In this document: in pieces, positions 62,971 through 64,000 of the stretch
Position numbering within the stretch: the stretch's first letter is position 1
Layout: each line of letters starts with the position of its first letter
NCBI GenBank assembly: GCA_013265495.1
Contig: MU058781.1
Coordinates: 2,892,158 to 2,956,157 of the forward strand
From: Vicugna vicugna
Lineage: Eukaryota
Length of the DNA: 64,000 bases
Direction: 5' to 3'
The notes under the pieces: model-generated
What the model saw: the letters and a program-made list of their open reading frames with translations, nothing else
What the model was told of the DNA's origin: nothing
Database searches by the model: none
Position numbers and translations under genes: made by a program

Positions 62971-64000
62971 GAGTACGTGGTTGCAGCTTTGGTTAGTCTT
63001 AGTTCACCTTTGGTTTCTAAAGCTTTGACTACCTCTCCCTCCTGGTGGGCCCAAAGGCCAAACTCACAAGACTACTTGACCTTTAAACAATGAGACCTCA
63101 GTTATACCAGACCACAAAACTTAAGACCATGGGATTGCGAGGCACATTCATTAACCATGAGACCTCAAGCCTATTAGCCTGCAAATCTGAAGATTATGAG
63201 AATTGGGACTGTGGAACGATGAGATGTTGAGACCACAAGACTTCAAGACTGCAGGTCTCAAGACTGCCAAATATCCATGTGAGATTGTGGGGTCATGAGC
63301 ATACAATGGGATGCATGATCTCTGTGCCTTCTCTTAGACACCTGGCTTATTATTCTACTAGGCAGTTAAGTGAACACAAAGAATTTATAGATTTTGTGGG
63401 GGTTTTTGGAAATAACTAGTCTTGGATCTCTTTGTCTTTTTTAAATCATCACTTGGGTAGTTAATCTTCACAGGTTAATTGAAATGACAGGCAATTTCTA
63501 GCCTTAGGATGATCAAGCAGAGATATTTCTTCACCTATTTCTTCTTGAAAGTCACTCAACGATAAAAAGAACAAAGAACACAAACTCTTTTTTTGATGAA
63601 ATCTCCAAACCTCAACCACAAAATAGGAAGCAGAAAAAAATTGGAGAACTAGTACAACTTAGCAGAGCTATGGAATGTCAAAACTAAGTTTATAGAAGGT
63701 GATGCCAATAAACAAGCCAATTTGCTCTCTAGAACCCAGGAAAGGCTAAGGAATAGGAGACACCAAATGCTTTGTAAGATGAAAGTCAGGGGAGGGTATA
63801 AACACAGCAGTTTCATTGAAAATCTCTTTTAAGAGCTGTTAAATACCCAGTGCTTCATCCTTTCTAGACAATCAGGCCACTTCTTTTCCACTTCCACTAT
63901 TAAACATAAGAGGTAATTTCTTCAGAAAAAGCAGCTCTGGATTCAGAAACTGCAGGGACAGAGGAAGGTGGTAGTGAAGTACTAAACTGCAGTCAGAAGA

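Noticed and set aside
1..64000. Conserved miRNAs, tRNA/rRNA/snRNA genes, CRISPR arrays, prokaryotic or viral operons
   Set aside because: None recognised by eye and the sequence is mammalian. An Rfam/miRBase search would be needed to exclude small RNAs formally.

Overview
AT-rich, CpG-poor eutherian genomic DNA. It is probably camelid: the young L1 3' ends match what I recall of camel/alpaca L1, and I see no Alu, B1, Bov-tA or PRE SINEs. Much of the window is interspersed repeat (L1 of several ages, L2, MIR, MLT2 LTR, hAT MERs), and nearly all entries in the ORF track are repeat-derived or chance. I recognise no known gene. The best non-repeat signal is a chain of five small + strand exons (25873-33598) with GT-AG boundaries. 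They splice into one open frame of 79 aa (LDLVRQVFSNRSPDPDMLYKRLEKLSRVKRNFTTMGPLIRLNVKFLRRHRVCRDMVFQPTGCRESVLYLVHEILQNTCV*), followed by AATAAA; the 5' end is unresolved. A CpG-enriched, 3'UTR-like - strand terminal exon (about 35020-36265) converges on it. The window also holds a TSD-flanked polyadenylated orphan retro-insertion (3599-3886), a 55-nt locally templated insertion inside an L1, a perfect hairpin inside an L2, candidate microexons and motif clusters. All exon calls come from splice signals and phase read by eye, without alignment or expression data. Repeat family names are from memory of consensus sequences, and repeat boundaries are approximate.
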